Source: Candidatus Hermodarchaeum yapensis (GTDB lineage Archaea > Asgardarchaeota > Hermodarchaeia > Hermodarchaeales > Hermodarchaeaceae). Taken from it: a stretch of DNA of 31,742 nt. Where the stretch lies: assembly GCA_016840405.1 (NCBI GenBank), contig JAEOSK010000027.1, positions 1 through 31,742 on the forward strand. The letters run 5' to 3'. Both the position numbers and the translations under genes were made by a program. The notes under the pieces were generated by a model. That model searched no databases and was not told the DNA's origin. It saw only the letters and a program-made list of their open reading frames with translations. Below, piece by piece: positions 1 through 10,388 of the stretch (position 1 is its first letter; each line of letters starts with the position of its first letter).

Positions 1-470
1 ATCTTCAAACCCCCACACCCTTACTCGCGGTTGAATCTGGTTCAATGGAGCCTGTGTTTTATCGTGGTGATCTTGTCATCGTCAGGGCTGTGGATCCAAC
101 GACCCTTGTCGTCGGAGACATCGTCATCTACAACTCATCATCTATTCCTTGGAGTTCAGGTGATGTCCCAATAGTTCATCGAATTATCGAAATTCAAGAT
201 GTTGGAGGCGAGTTGCGTTTCATCACAAAGGGGGATAACAATCATGTACCTGACGATGTGTATCGGACAGCAGATGATATTCTTGCCAAAGTGATTGGCA
301 GTGTGAAATACTTGGGTTTTGTCACGTTGATACTTTTACCACCCACCGGTTTGCCATCCATTATCATTCTAATTGCCACATTTTTAGTAGCTTCGTTGCT
401 TTGTGATAATTTTGCACCGAGAAAAAAGAATGAAGAACCCGAAACTATCGAGCCGACTGTGCAGGGATAG
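1..470 (+). CDS. sec11: Signal peptidase I, Sec11/S26B type (5' end outside window)
   Basis: Frame is open from the window edge: LQTPTPLLAVESGSMEP (catalytic Ser box), GDLV, PIVHR (His general base), FITKGDNN, then a C-terminal TM helix. Confidence 0.92.
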   Translation, partial: LQTPTPLLAVESGSMEPVFYRGDLVIVRAVDPTTLVVGDIVIYNSSSIPWSSGDVPIVHRIIEIQDVGGELRFITKGDNNHVPDDVYRTADDILAKVIGSVKYLGFVTLILLPPTGLPSIIILIATFLVASLLCDNFAPRKKNEEPETIEPTVQG

Positions 471-577
471 CCAGATACTTTTTAACCATTTGTCTGAAAG
501 TCTATAGTGTTCGAGCCCTGGCTCCTTGTCGATGCAGGGAGAAATGACACAGAACGAGTATTTGATAGGCGATTTAG

Positions 578-2203
578 ATGGCAACTACAGCAGTTTCTTT
601 TGAATCAATATCCCCTGCCGATTTCTTCTACCGAAACCGGTCAATTGCAGGCTTCGATAATAACATGCGAGCGTTGTACACGGCAGTCCGTGAACTGGTT
701 GAAAACTCGCTCGATGCCTGTGAAGATGGTGGCTTTCTTCCCACAATAAAGGTGAAATTATCTGAGGTTTCCCCAAATTGGTTTAGACTCCGGGTTGAGG
801 ATAATGGAATTGGGGTTCCCAGGGACCATATTTTACCTGCCTTCGGGCAAATCCTCTACGGTTCAAAGTATGAACATAAACAAGCCCGAGGGCGTTTTGG
901 CCTTGGTGGCAAGATGGCTTTCCTATTTGGTCAAATTACAACTAGTGAACCCCTGCAAGTAGTTTCTGCCCCCTCAGACGGTGAACATATCTTTGACGTT
1001 GTGCTTCGCCAGGATATTGAGGAGAATAAGCCTGAACTAGTGAAATGGGAGCGGAGAAAGAATCGAGAGAAGAAACATGGATGCACTCTTGAGTTTACTT
1101 TAGAAGGGAATTGGCGTTCGGCCAAACGGTATATCATCGATTATATCGAACAAACAGCGCTTATTACTCCATATGCAAGTCTTACTTTCACAGAGCCCGA
1201 TGGAACTGCCCATAAATTCAAACGGTCTGTGAAAGTGTTACCACCCCAACCCACACCTGTAAATCCCCACCCCAAGGGCATGGACATTGAACAACTCTCA
1301 CGAATAATCGAGGATACAAAAACACGAGATATGGTGACATTCCTTCGAACGCACTTTCACCGGGTTGGACCCAAAACTGCCAAGGCTTTTCTAAAGAGTA
1401 TAAACATGGCTTATTCACAAGATCCACGTGGCCTGAAACCTAACGATTTAGTGAAAATTGCCCGTGGACTTGAAGACTTCGATAAGTGGTTACCCCCCGA
1501 TGCCCGTGTTCTTTCACCATTAGGAACTAAGCTTCTGGAGTTGGGTATTCGTTCTACTTTGAATCCCGAATTTGTTAAAGTTACACAACGACCTCCAAAT
1601 AGCTACGGAGGTCACCCCTTCATTGTTGAATGCGGACTAGCCTATGGGGGTGATGTCCCTATGAAAGAGTCGATTATTATCTATCGGTTTGCTAATCGCA
1701 TTCCATTAATTTTTGACGAATACAAAGACGTTGCAGCAAAGGTGATTCGTGCAGTTCCATGGTCACGATATCGTATCCGACCAGGAATGCCTATTGCAGC
1801 CTTTGTCGCAGTGGTAAGCACAAAGATTCCCTTCAAAACCGCAGGGAAGGAATTCATCGCTGATCTCACTGAACTGGAATACGACATCCGGATGGGATTG
1901 ATGGAATGTGCTCGAAGTTTGAAAGGGCACTTGCGCCAAAAAGAGAAAGTGCAGCGCGAACGTGTCCGGGCTAGTGTTTACGAAAAGTACCTTCCAATTA
2001 TTGCTCGGGATATTGCAGCCTTAGCCGGGCGTCGTAAGGTTCCGGATACCAAAACTCTCATCCAAAGTGCCCTATCGATTAAACTCGAAGACGAGGAAGA
2101 GGAGGTACTCCCCCCACCGGCAGAAGAGGGAATTTTAGAAGCGAATCCTCCAGAGATAAGTGACTCGGAGGATTCGGATGAGGAGGAGACCGAGGAGGAA
2201 TAG
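578..2203 (+). CDS. top6B: DNA topoisomerase VI subunit B
   Basis: GHKL motifs ELVENSLDA, VEDNGIG, GSKY, RGRFGLG; H2TH region HRVGPKTA; transducer RFANRIPL and STKIPFKTAGKE; acidic C-terminal tail. Confidence 0.97.
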   Translation: MATTAVSFESISPADFFYRNRSIAGFDNNMRALYTAVRELVENSLDACEDGGFLPTIKVKLSEVSPNWFRLRVEDNGIGVPRDHILPAFGQILYGSKYEHKQARGRFGLGGKMAFLFGQITTSEPLQVVSAPSDGEHIFDVVLRQDIEENKPELVKWERRKNREKKHGCTLEFTLEGNWRSAKRYIIDYIEQTALITPYASLTFTEPDGTAHKFKRSVKVLPPQPTPVNPHPKGMDIEQLSRIIEDTKTRDMVTFLRTHFHRVGPKTAKAFLKSINMAYSQDPRGLKPNDLVKIARGLEDFDKWLPPDARVLSPLGTKLLELGIRSTLNPEFVKVTQRPPNSYGGHPFIVECGLAYGGDVPMKESIIIYRFANRIPLIFDEYKDVAAKVIRAVPWSRYRIRPGMPIAAFVAVVSTKIPFKTAGKEFIADLTELEYDIRMGLMECARSLKGHLRQKEKVQRERVRASVYEKYLPIIARDIAALAGRRKVPDTKTLIQSALSIKLEDEEEEVLPPPAEEGILEANPPEISDSEDSDEEETEEE

Positions 2204-2212
2204 GAGAGGAGC

Positions 2213-3547
2213 ATGATGTCTGAACCAACCCCTGATCTTGTTATCGGAAAACTTTCCCGTCGATGGAAACCAACAAAGCGTCTAAAACAGCTTTTGAAGA
2301 TTGATTCAGGGCGTCTTCGTCGCCTTCTTAGGAAATTAGAGAAAGATGGACTAATAGAATCTCGAACGCGTGGCGGACAGCTTGAATGGCGTCTAGTTAA
2401 GGGTGAAGCCCGGAGGATTCAAAAAATTCGAAAAGAGCCCAAAGCTTTCATTGAAGAGCAAAAGACCTCTGACCAAATTTCATCAGATATGAAAAATCTG
2501 GGGCAGACAATGTATAAGACACTGGCAAAAAATGAATTTCCTGAAATTGATTTACCAAGCCGGAGCACTAGTAACATTCGTTTTGACCAAAAGCTTGGAC
2601 AATATGTTCTTGCTGGAAAAACTGTTACTAGGTCTACCCGGAATGTTGGGCAGATTCGAAGTTTTAGCCAGTTTGTCTGGGTCATGCGGTTTTTAAAGGA
2701 GCTCCTTGGGGAAGGAAAGTCTAGCACCCTCCGAGATATTTACTACCAATCCTTTGGTTTCGGTGTAAAATTTGGTCAGCAAAGTGAAAGTGACACGACC
2801 ATCACTGACGTTGAAGCCAAGTTAAAGACACCACGAGAATCTTTTCGAGTGTTCCCAGAAGACCGAGCTGCCATCTACGGTAATCTCACAATCGAATACA
2901 CATCACCCCAAAAATACGCAGGAAATCGTGTCAATCTTACCGATCACCCCGATGGTCTCATGATTGGTCCTTATTTGACATCATCAAAATTTGTCGACTG
3001 TAAAGCCGACAAAGTAATCGCCATTGAATCAGGTGGTATGTTCACTCGTTTTGTCGAAGATGGCGTCTATGAAACACATAATGCCATACTCATTCACACG
3101 GGAGGTCAAGCCCCACGCAGTGTGCGGCGTATGATTCGACGGCTTCGTTATGAGCTGAATTTACCAACTTACCTTTTCGTTGACGCAGACCCATGGGGAG
3201 CTCATATTGCGATGGTTATTATTTCTGGCAGTGCCTCAGCAGCCCACTTACGCGGTCTTGCAACCCCAGATGCAATCTGGATGGGGGTCTGGGCTTCAGA
3301 TATTCAGAAATATAATCTCCCAAGCGATCCCTTTACAGACACCGACAAAAAACGCACTCAAGATTTACTCAAAGACCCGCGATACCAGACGAAGTTCTGG
3401 CAGAAAGAATTGAATCTCTTTCTGAAAAATGGACGAAAAGCAGAACAACAGGCCTTCAGCCGCTATGGGCTGAGTTTTGTAACAGAAGAATACTTGCCTA
3501 AGAAATTCAAAGAAATCTCTCAACTTCAGCGTCAAGGTGTGCTCTAA
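2213..3547 (+). CDS. top6A: DNA topoisomerase VI subunit A with N-terminal extension
   Basis: TLRDIYY (catalytic Tyr), TOPRIM IESGG and DADPWG, KAEQQA; directly follows top6B. Confidence 0.96.
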   Translation: MMSEPTPDLVIGKLSRRWKPTKRLKQLLKIDSGRLRRLLRKLEKDGLIESRTRGGQLEWRLVKGEARRIQKIRKEPKAFIEEQKTSDQISSDMKNLGQTMYKTLAKNEFPEIDLPSRSTSNIRFDQKLGQYVLAGKTVTRSTRNVGQIRSFSQFVWVMRFLKELLGEGKSSTLRDIYYQSFGFGVKFGQQSESDTTITDVEAKLKTPRESFRVFPEDRAAIYGNLTIEYTSPQKYAGNRVNLTDHPDGLMIGPYLTSSKFVDCKADKVIAIESGGMFTRFVEDGVYETHNAILIHTGGQAPRSVRRMIRRLRYELNLPTYLFVDADPWGAHIAMVIISGSASAAHLRGLATPDAIWMGVWASDIQKYNLPSDPFTDTDKKRTQDLLKDPRYQTKFWQKELNLFLKNGRKAEQQAFSRYGLSFVTEEYLPKKFKEISQLQRQGVL

Positions 3548-3644
3548 GAAGATTCCCAAATCTTTGCCTGGTATATAGAGAGCCAGAATTCTTTTGTATA
3601 GTGACGAAACCATTCTATCGTCAAGCACTTCTGATGTGAGTACG

Positions 3645-4901
3645 ATGACTAAAGTGAACCTGCTCTACGGATCTAGTAAAATTCCTCTTGAAATTCCTGA
3701 TCGAAACCTGTTAGGGATTTTGGATGCAAAACCGGTTAAGGGGGTTTCAAATCCGGATAAAACTGTTCTAGAAGCGATTCTCAACCCTATTACCTCTAAA
3801 CAACTCAGTGATATTGCTCAACCCAATCAGACTGCTGCGATTGTAGTTGATGATCATACACGAGGACTCCCCTGCCACATTCTTATCAATCCCATGATTG
3901 ACCAGTTACGAAAAGCGGGAATCAAAGAAAAAGATATCACAATCATCTTTGGAACCGGAACTCATCGTGCAACAACACCGGAAGAACAACAGCAACTTCT
4001 TTGTGATGTCTCATGCAGAAATCACCGCGTCGAAGTTCACAATTGTGATGCCGAGGATTTGGTCCACGTCGGAAAGACCTCCTTCGGAACAGAAGTGGAA
4101 GTAAATCGATTATTCTACGAAGCCGATCTCCATCTCCTCACCGGTGATATTGGTTACCATTACTATTCCGGGTTTGGTGGTGGACGAAAAAGCGTCCTTC
4201 CTGCTGTAGCTGGTCGCAAGAGCATTAACGCAAATCATGGAATGCTCACTCATCCCAAAGCGGTTTCAGGCAACCTTGAAGGGAATCCAATTCATTTGGA
4301 CATGGTTGAAGCTGCCAAACTTGCGCGTACAGATTTTATTGTGAACTTTGTTCGTAACACTCACAAAGAAATTGTATCCACCTTTGCAGGTGATCTTGAA
4401 CAAGCGTTCTACGAGGGTGTGAAACTTGTTGATGAGTTGGGTCGTGTTAAAATTAAGGAGAAGGCGGATATCGTGATTACAAGTTCAGGTTACCCAAAGG
4501 ATATTAATTTGTACCAAGGCACGAAGGCGATGGTTCATGCTCTTGGGGCGGTTCGGGAGGGTGGTGTGTTAATTGCGTTACTTGAATGCCGTGAGGGAAT
4601 AGGGCATAAGGTCTTTGAGGAGTGGGCCCACAAGTATCGATCATATGATGAGCTAAGTCACCAAGTTCAAACGAACTTCATCATGGGAGGGCATAAGATC
4701 TTTTACATGGCTCAAGGTGCAAAACAGGTTCATCAATACTTGATATCTGAACTTGATGCAGATGAGGTTAAAGAGTACTATTATGTTACTCCATTCAAAT
4801 CAGCTGAAAAAGCTCTGAAAGCCGCGTTTGACCAGGTGGGTAGAGATGCCACTGTTTATGTAATGCCCCATGGTCCCGACATTCTCCCTACCACTGCATA
4901 G
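3645..4901 (+). CDS. larA: Nickel-pincer-dependent lactate racemase family (LarA) 2-hydroxyacid racemase/epimerase
   Basis: DHTR, GTGTHR, HYYSGFGGGRKSVLP, ANH, GYPKDINLYQ, C-terminal VMPHG. ATG 3645 preferred over the ORF-track start 3594. Substrate unknown. Confidence 0.88.
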   Translation: MTKVNLLYGSSKIPLEIPDRNLLGILDAKPVKGVSNPDKTVLEAILNPITSKQLSDIAQPNQTAAIVVDDHTRGLPCHILINPMIDQLRKAGIKEKDITIIFGTGTHRATTPEEQQQLLCDVSCRNHRVEVHNCDAEDLVHVGKTSFGTEVEVNRLFYEADLHLLTGDIGYHYYSGFGGGRKSVLPAVAGRKSINANHGMLTHPKAVSGNLEGNPIHLDMVEAAKLARTDFIVNFVRNTHKEIVSTFAGDLEQAFYEGVKLVDELGRVKIKEKADIVITSSGYPKDINLYQGTKAMVHALGAVREGGVLIALLECREGIGHKVFEEWAHKYRSYDELSHQVQTNFIMGGHKIFYMAQGAKQVHQYLISELDADEVKEYYYVTPFKSAEKALKAAFDQVGRDATVYVMPHGPDILPTTA

Positions 4902-4938
4902 CACTGATAAGATATTTGAGTTAAAGTAGTGACTCATC

Positions 4939-6171
4939 TTAGAAAAGGAACGGATTCGGAAGTGGGGGGAGTAACAGGATACACATTAGATATGATGCCA
5001 CACCAACAACTTTTCGCCAGTTAGAAACTGGTGAAACGTCATCGACAGGTCCAGGATGATGTCCGCCAAAGAGGAAAAATGCAATTATTGCCATAAACCA
5101 GTAACCAAAGATGAAGAGGAGGAAGACTCCGATAAAGGATACCAATCGATGATATCTCCCTCCAACTAGGGAACGGGATACATGCCCTCCATCTAATTGA
5201 CCGATTGGGAAATAATTGAGAGCAGTGATAAGAAGCCCAACCCAACCAGCAAAGGCAACCGGATGGAGATATGCATTATACCCAGGAGGAATGCCACGGG
5301 TCATGAAATCCCATATCCAGTCAAAAAGGAGTGGTGTGGGAAGTTGGCTTAGTGGGAGATTGATAGATTCCAAGAAGGCTAGGAGTTGGGCATATTCAGT
5401 TGGACTAAGAATTGGACTCAAAGAAAATCCAATCACAAGAACTATTACCGAGACGACGAATCCAGCAAGTGGACCACTAATGCCTAAATCGAAGAGGCTG
5501 TCACGGTTTCTAGGGGGAGACTGTTGAACTATTAGTGCCCCAAAAGTACCATAGGGGATCCCTGGTAGGAAATATGGTAACGAAGCTTCAACGTTGTGGA
5601 GTTGACTAGCCCCATAGTGACCAAATTCGTGAAGTCCGATAATTGCTAGGATAGCGATGGAATAGAGGACCATTACAACAAAGGGATTGTAAGGAAGCCC
5701 CCAGAGATTGATGTAAATATACACAAAGGGCGCACTCGTTGCGAAATACCAACCAGCAAATAATACGGTAACCATAGTAGCAGCGAAAAGGAGTAGGTTC
5801 ATTGCATAATTACTGGCTTTCTTCTTTGGAGCAGCAGGAATGAGTTTGAGAACCGTACTTTTGTCACCAGTGCCCTCAAAGAGTTCAACTTGACGAATAA
5901 CGGCCAGTAAATTATGAGGCTGCAACCGTTCAGTTAGACGTGTTGACCGCTCCTTGATTTGCGGATCCACTTCAATTACAAAAATCGGTAAATTATCATG
6001 AACGTCAATGTAGGCGTACTGAACCACGAACTCTTCTTTGACAATGTCGCGAAGTTTTAGAAGATAAGAATCAGGGATGAAGGATTCTGTACTTTCTTGG
6101 GCTTCCTCCGCAGAATGTGGTGTTTTAGACACATCAGGAGATTGAGGTGGTTCTTCAGACAAATGGTTCAC
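4939..6171 (-). CDS. Site-2 protease family (M50) intramembrane metalloprotease
   Basis: HEFGH zinc motif, LPYFLP..GTFGA, DLGISGPLAG, NYFPIGQLDGGH, multiple TM helices. Confidence 0.93.
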   Translation of the reverse strand: MNHLSEEPPQSPDVSKTPHSAEEAQESTESFIPDSYLLKLRDIVKEEFVVQYAYIDVHDNLPIFVIEVDPQIKERSTRLTERLQPHNLLAVIRQVELFEGTGDKSTVLKLIPAAPKKKASNYAMNLLLFAATMVTVLFAGWYFATSAPFVYIYINLWGLPYNPFVVMVLYSIAILAIIGLHEFGHYGASQLHNVEASLPYFLPGIPYGTFGALIVQQSPPRNRDSLFDLGISGPLAGFVVSVIVLVIGFSLSPILSPTEYAQLLAFLESINLPLSQLPTPLLFDWIWDFMTRGIPPGYNAYLHPVAFAGWVGLLITALNYFPIGQLDGGHVSRSLVGGRYHRLVSFIGVFLLFIFGYWFMAIIAFFLFGGHHPGPVDDVSPVSNWRKVVGVASYLMCILLLPPLPNPFLF

Positions 6172-6278
6172 CCAAAAACTCTAAGCACGCCTGAGAGAGA
6201 ACCCACAAAAAGCTTTCCAAATGGTTACGTGAGTAACTTTTAATTGTACAATTGTACGGATTTTACTGGCTGATTTCA

Positions 6279-6764
6279 TTGACTGAACTTCAGGGTTTCG
6301 TTATACGCAAGGCAGAACCTCCAGATATTTCGCAAATCATGCAAATTAACCTTGAAACCCTGCCAGAAAATTATCCTGAATACTTCTTTCGTGAAATTTA
6401 CGATCGCTACGAAAAAGCATTCTTTGTTGCTGAAACCGAAGGAAAAGTCATCGGATACATTATGTGCCGAATGGAAGGTGGTGTCTCGAATTTCGGGCTG
6501 CGCTGGATTCGCCGGGGACATATTGTGAGTATTGCTGTTCTTCCCGCTTTCCGACGACAAGGCATAGCCTCGGAATTGGTAAAGAATTCTATGAAGGCTC
6601 TAAAAACTGAGTACAACGCGAAGGAGATTATTTTAGAGGTTCGTGTCACGAATCTTGCGGCAATCAGACTTTACGATAAACTCGGATTCAGTCGAATTCG
6701 TACACTCCAAGCCTATTATCGTAATGGTGAAAATGCCCAGTTAATGGCATACAAGTTTGAATAG
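6279..6764 (+). CDS. ard1: N-alpha-acetyltransferase, Ard1/RimI type GNAT
   Basis: LPENY, GHIVSIAV, RRQGIA, LEVRVTN, AIRLY, YYRNGENA. TTG 6279 chosen as the likely start. Confidence 0.9.
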   Translation: MTELQGFVIRKAEPPDISQIMQINLETLPENYPEYFFREIYDRYEKAFFVAETEGKVIGYIMCRMEGGVSNFGLRWIRRGHIVSIAVLPAFRRQGIASELVKNSMKALKTEYNAKEIILEVRVTNLAAIRLYDKLGFSRIRTLQAYYRNGENAQLMAYKFE

Positions 6765-6846
6765 CACCAGAGTTATAAGAACCATTTCTAATTTTCATAT
6801 CCGACTTAGGTTTTCGAATATTATTGTTTTAGAGGAGAGTAACTTC

Positions 6847-8364
6847 TTGAAATTAACAACTGAAATCATCGATGTTGACACCGGCGGCGTCCTTAAGATT
6901 CTGTTAAACCCTGTCGATATTACTCATCTCGCAATGTTTGCGGGAGAACGAGTTCTCATTAAATATAATAACCAAGAGACTGTCGCAATTGCGGAATCAA
7001 CATCCTTAGTCAATCAAGGTAAAGTGGGGATTCTCAATGAGGTTCAAAGGGAACTAGATGTAAAAGAGGGGCAAGATGTCGAAGTTCTAAGTGATGTTAA
7101 AACAACCTCCGTTCTAGCAATCAGAAAAAAAATGGATGGTTTACCTCTAACAGGTGAAGAGATTCAAGCCATTGTTGAAGACCTGGTGTCAGGTCGCCTT
7201 TCGGATATTGATGTTGCTGCATTCCTAGTCTCAGAACAAATCCTTGGAATGTCTCTTGAGGAAACAGTCCATCTTACACGAGCTATTGCAGAAGAAGGAG
7301 AACAAATGGATTTTGGCGGAAACGTGTTTGATAAGCACAGTATTGGTGGAGTGCCTGGTAACAAGGTGTCACTGCTTATTGTACCAATTGTTGCTGCTGC
7401 GGGACTATTAATTCCAAAAACGAGTAGCCGTGCTATAACAAGTCCAAGCGGAACTGCAGATACTATGGAAGTTCTTGCAGATGTTGAATTTAACGTGGAG
7501 GAGTTACAGAAGATTGTGAATAAAGCAAAAGCAGCTATTGTGTGGGGAGGTTCTTTGAATCTAGCTCCGGCTGATGATCTTTTCATACGTGTTGAACATC
7601 CTCTACTAATCGATCCGCGCCCTCAAATGATTGCTTCAATTATGGCGAAGAAACTTTCAACGGGGATACAGCATCTTGTGTTGGATATTCCTACGGGTCA
7701 GGGCTGCAAGGTTACTACTATGGAAGAGGCGCGAAAACTGAGCCACGATTTCATTACTGTAGGAAACGAGCTAGGAGTAAATGTTCATTGTGCAATGACC
7801 TATGGAAGTCAACCAGTAGGGCATGCTATTGGTCCGGCTCTTGAAGCCAAAGAAGCATTGGAAACCCTCATGGGAGGTGGACCTACTAGCCTTATTGAAA
7901 AATCCACTGGGTTGTCGGGTATTCTTCTTGAAATGGGAGGGTTGGCAGCGAGAGGTGCTGGACGAAAATTGGCTAAGGAAATTTTGACCTCTGGTAAAGC
8001 ATTGAAGAAAATGCGTGAAATCATTGGAGCTCAAAATGGAAATCCAAACATTGAACCTGAACAGATTCCCATTGGAGAACACACATTTGATCTCCTTGCG
8101 CCCTCTGATGGATACGTTGCAACACTAAGTAATCGAGCCTTAGTGAGAATTGCCCGGGCCGCAGGCACACCCAAATTACATGGCGCAGGACTCTATTTAC
8201 ATGCTAAAGTTGGTTCTCGTGTGAAAGAAGGTGATGCAGTGCTTACTGTGTATGCGGAAACCGAAGGAAAACTGAGCGACGCCATCAACGTAGCCAAAAA
8301 CTTAATGCCATTCACTGTGGAGGGAATGCTCCTGCACACACTGACAGACACCGAACAATTCTGA
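6847..8364 (+). CDS. deoA: AMP phosphorylase (thymidine phosphorylase family with N-terminal extension)
   Basis: DKHSIGGVPGNK, KTSSRAITSPSGTADTMEVLA, GIGPALEA-like AIGPALEA; GAGGAG upstream of TTG 6847. Confidence 0.92.
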   Translation: MKLTTEIIDVDTGGVLKILLNPVDITHLAMFAGERVLIKYNNQETVAIAESTSLVNQGKVGILNEVQRELDVKEGQDVEVLSDVKTTSVLAIRKKMDGLPLTGEEIQAIVEDLVSGRLSDIDVAAFLVSEQILGMSLEETVHLTRAIAEEGEQMDFGGNVFDKHSIGGVPGNKVSLLIVPIVAAAGLLIPKTSSRAITSPSGTADTMEVLADVEFNVEELQKIVNKAKAAIVWGGSLNLAPADDLFIRVEHPLLIDPRPQMIASIMAKKLSTGIQHLVLDIPTGQGCKVTTMEEARKLSHDFITVGNELGVNVHCAMTYGSQPVGHAIGPALEAKEALETLMGGGPTSLIEKSTGLSGILLEMGGLAARGAGRKLAKEILTSGKALKKMREIIGAQNGNPNIEPEQIPIGEHTFDLLAPSDGYVATLSNRALVRIARAAGTPKLHGAGLYLHAKVGSRVKEGDAVLTVYAETEGKLSDAINVAKNLMPFTVEGMLLHTLTDTEQF

Positions 8365-8377
8365 TAAAACAGGTAGG

Positions 8378-9562
8378 ATGCCGATGTCAGGACCTCAAGA
8401 ACTTGAAGACCCCCATATGATCTCCAGTGCCCATGAAGTCCACAAAGCCTTTCATATCTCGCGACGAGAAGTATATCTCGCAATTGCCCTTTTCATATTT
8501 TACCTTCTTTCACTCTTTGTGTTTCAGAATATCTTTATATTAATAATTGGCACCATAGCTTTAGCCCTCTGGCTCACCTTTCGTGCCTCCCACTTTGCGA
8601 TTGATGGAATCGAATCATTGGGTGCTTTTGCGGGTCTTAGTGCGTATTTTATTGGAGTCCTCTCTTCATTAGCATCCAATACACCAGAAGCCGTTGTAAG
8701 CTCGCTGACTGCCTGGCGAGGTTTTATCACACTCAATCCTGAGCTGGTCCTTATTGCTGTTCTAAGTGTAGTGATGGCAGCAGGATTCAACATCTTACTC
8801 CTGGGCTTTGTCGTTGTCATATCTGCCCGTAAAACCAGCGTCATTGATGTCCCTCGAGAAGTCATCGAAGATGACGCAGATTTAATCCGCTGGACTATTG
8901 TTGCGATGGGTCTTCTCTTTGCCTTTGGCATTCTTCACTACATCAATCAACTTATCCTTGGAGCCTCAATCACTCTCCAGTATCTTCCAGCAGTTGCAGG
9001 ATTTATGATGGTGATTTCTTATCTTCTATACGCAGTTTATGCAGTGAAAAAACCGATAAAGGAAGGGAGAATAATCCCTAAACCGCGTCATACTAAACGA
9101 AATTCCGCAATTTTGTCAGTTCTGGGATTTGTTGGAATTTTCATTGCCGGATATTTGCTTTCTGAAGCTGTTGAAATGGCCTTTGAGTTTGTTCCGTGGG
9201 CAAGCATTCCATATCTTGATGCTCAACGAATCGTGATAATGGCAATTCTCATCGGGGCTGCTGGCGCGCTTCCTGAACATGGCATTGCAGTCATTGCAGC
9301 AACTAAGGGGAAAGCAAGCATTGCGATAGGAAATACTTTGGGTGGAACCATACAAGTTCTGTTGCTCATTGTTGGTGGTGTATCGATTTTTCTTCCCCTT
9401 CCCTTAACCGCTGCCGTCCTTCTCCAATTTGCCACAGCAGCTGGCTCTTTATGGTTCTTGATACGGGCTATGACAGATGATCATAGGGTTGACATCTTTG
9501 AAGGCGCGATGATTCTCCTCATGCAAATGTTTGTCTTCGTCATCGTGTTGGTTCCCATTTAA
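8378..9562 (+). CDS. Ca2+:cation antiporter (CaCA, Na_Ca_ex) family membrane protein
   Basis: Two alpha-repeat-like motifs (ASNTPE ... GFN and AGALPE ... GNTLG) and about 11 hydrophobic helices. Confidence 0.8.
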   Translation: MPMSGPQELEDPHMISSAHEVHKAFHISRREVYLAIALFIFYLLSLFVFQNIFILIIGTIALALWLTFRASHFAIDGIESLGAFAGLSAYFIGVLSSLASNTPEAVVSSLTAWRGFITLNPELVLIAVLSVVMAAGFNILLLGFVVVISARKTSVIDVPREVIEDDADLIRWTIVAMGLLFAFGILHYINQLILGASITLQYLPAVAGFMMVISYLLYAVYAVKKPIKEGRIIPKPRHTKRNSAILSVLGFVGIFIAGYLLSEAVEMAFEFVPWASIPYLDAQRIVIMAILIGAAGALPEHGIAVIAATKGKASIAIGNTLGGTIQVLLLIVGGVSIFLPLPLTAAVLLQFATAAGSLWFLIRAMTDDHRVDIFEGAMILLMQMFVFVIVLVPI

Positions 9563-9666
9563 GATAACCGCAGATGAGATTCTACTGGGTTTTACCTTAA
9601 CAAACTCTTTTAGGTAATTGGGAGAAGTTCTAGGATTAGTCCGAGAACCAATTCGGCGGGAATGAT

Positions 9667-10380
9667 GTGACATTCGATAGTATTGAAGGGTATATGGCGC
9701 AAATGCCTGCCACTATCCTGTCGCGATTAGGTTTAGGCTCTCCTTCGAACCTAGTTCCGGGTATTGATTTATCCACTTATGAGCCAACTGAGCGAGTAGT
9801 AATCGTTCACTTGGATAATTTTGGATTGCTCGAAGTAGTACTGCATAAACCACAATTTTTACTTAAAGAAGCGCGCCAAATTCTCACTCTCGATACGCCG
9901 GATGGTTTCGCAGCAAATGTCATCGATGAGCTAATACATGGAACTCAACAGGATGGATTTCATCTATTTTCTTATGTTATGGGCCAAGGCAAATCAGCAG
10001 TGCTTGTGGACCGAGAAGAGCAACGTGAAACTGCGGGTACCGCGACTTTCCGTCCAGCGGATTCAGATATGCGTACATACATTGAAACCGCGAAACTTCT
10101 GAATCGATCAGATCTTCTGTACATTCATTTCCTCGATTTCGACACGTTGTACAAGGAACACACAAACCGTCCACCACTAGAACTAGCTCAAAAGCTGCTT
10201 CATCGCACAGATCGCTGGCTTCTTGGCTTTTACAAGCAGGCTCGTTCCAACACGCTCTTTCTTATTCTCGGAAACCAAGGGCAACGGGATTATGGTTTGA
10301 AGTACGAGGGAAAGTATCAAAACTGGGCTCCCGCTAATGTTCCCATCTGCCTCGTCATCTTTAAACCATCAGGAGAATAA
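9667..10380 (+). CDS. Alkaline-phosphatase-superfamily-like protein, apparently with degenerate metal sites
   Basis: Motif order VVIVHLDNFG ... DLLYIHFLDFD ... RTDRWL ... TLFLILGNQG ... NVPICL resembles the AP/phosphodiesterase core. Confidence 0.55.
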   Translation: MTFDSIEGYMAQMPATILSRLGLGSPSNLVPGIDLSTYEPTERVVIVHLDNFGLLEVVLHKPQFLLKEARQILTLDTPDGFAANVIDELIHGTQQDGFHLFSYVMGQGKSAVLVDREEQRETAGTATFRPADSDMRTYIETAKLLNRSDLLYIHFLDFDTLYKEHTNRPPLELAQKLLHRTDRWLLGFYKQARSNTLFLILGNQGQRDYGLKYEGKYQNWAPANVPICLVIFKPSGE

Positions 10381-10388
10381 GATTAAAC

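Noticed and set aside
9616-9652. Imperfect hairpin between the CaCA gene and the AP-fold gene
   Set aside because: Short interrupted stems with no recognisable motif; cannot be supported without conservation data.
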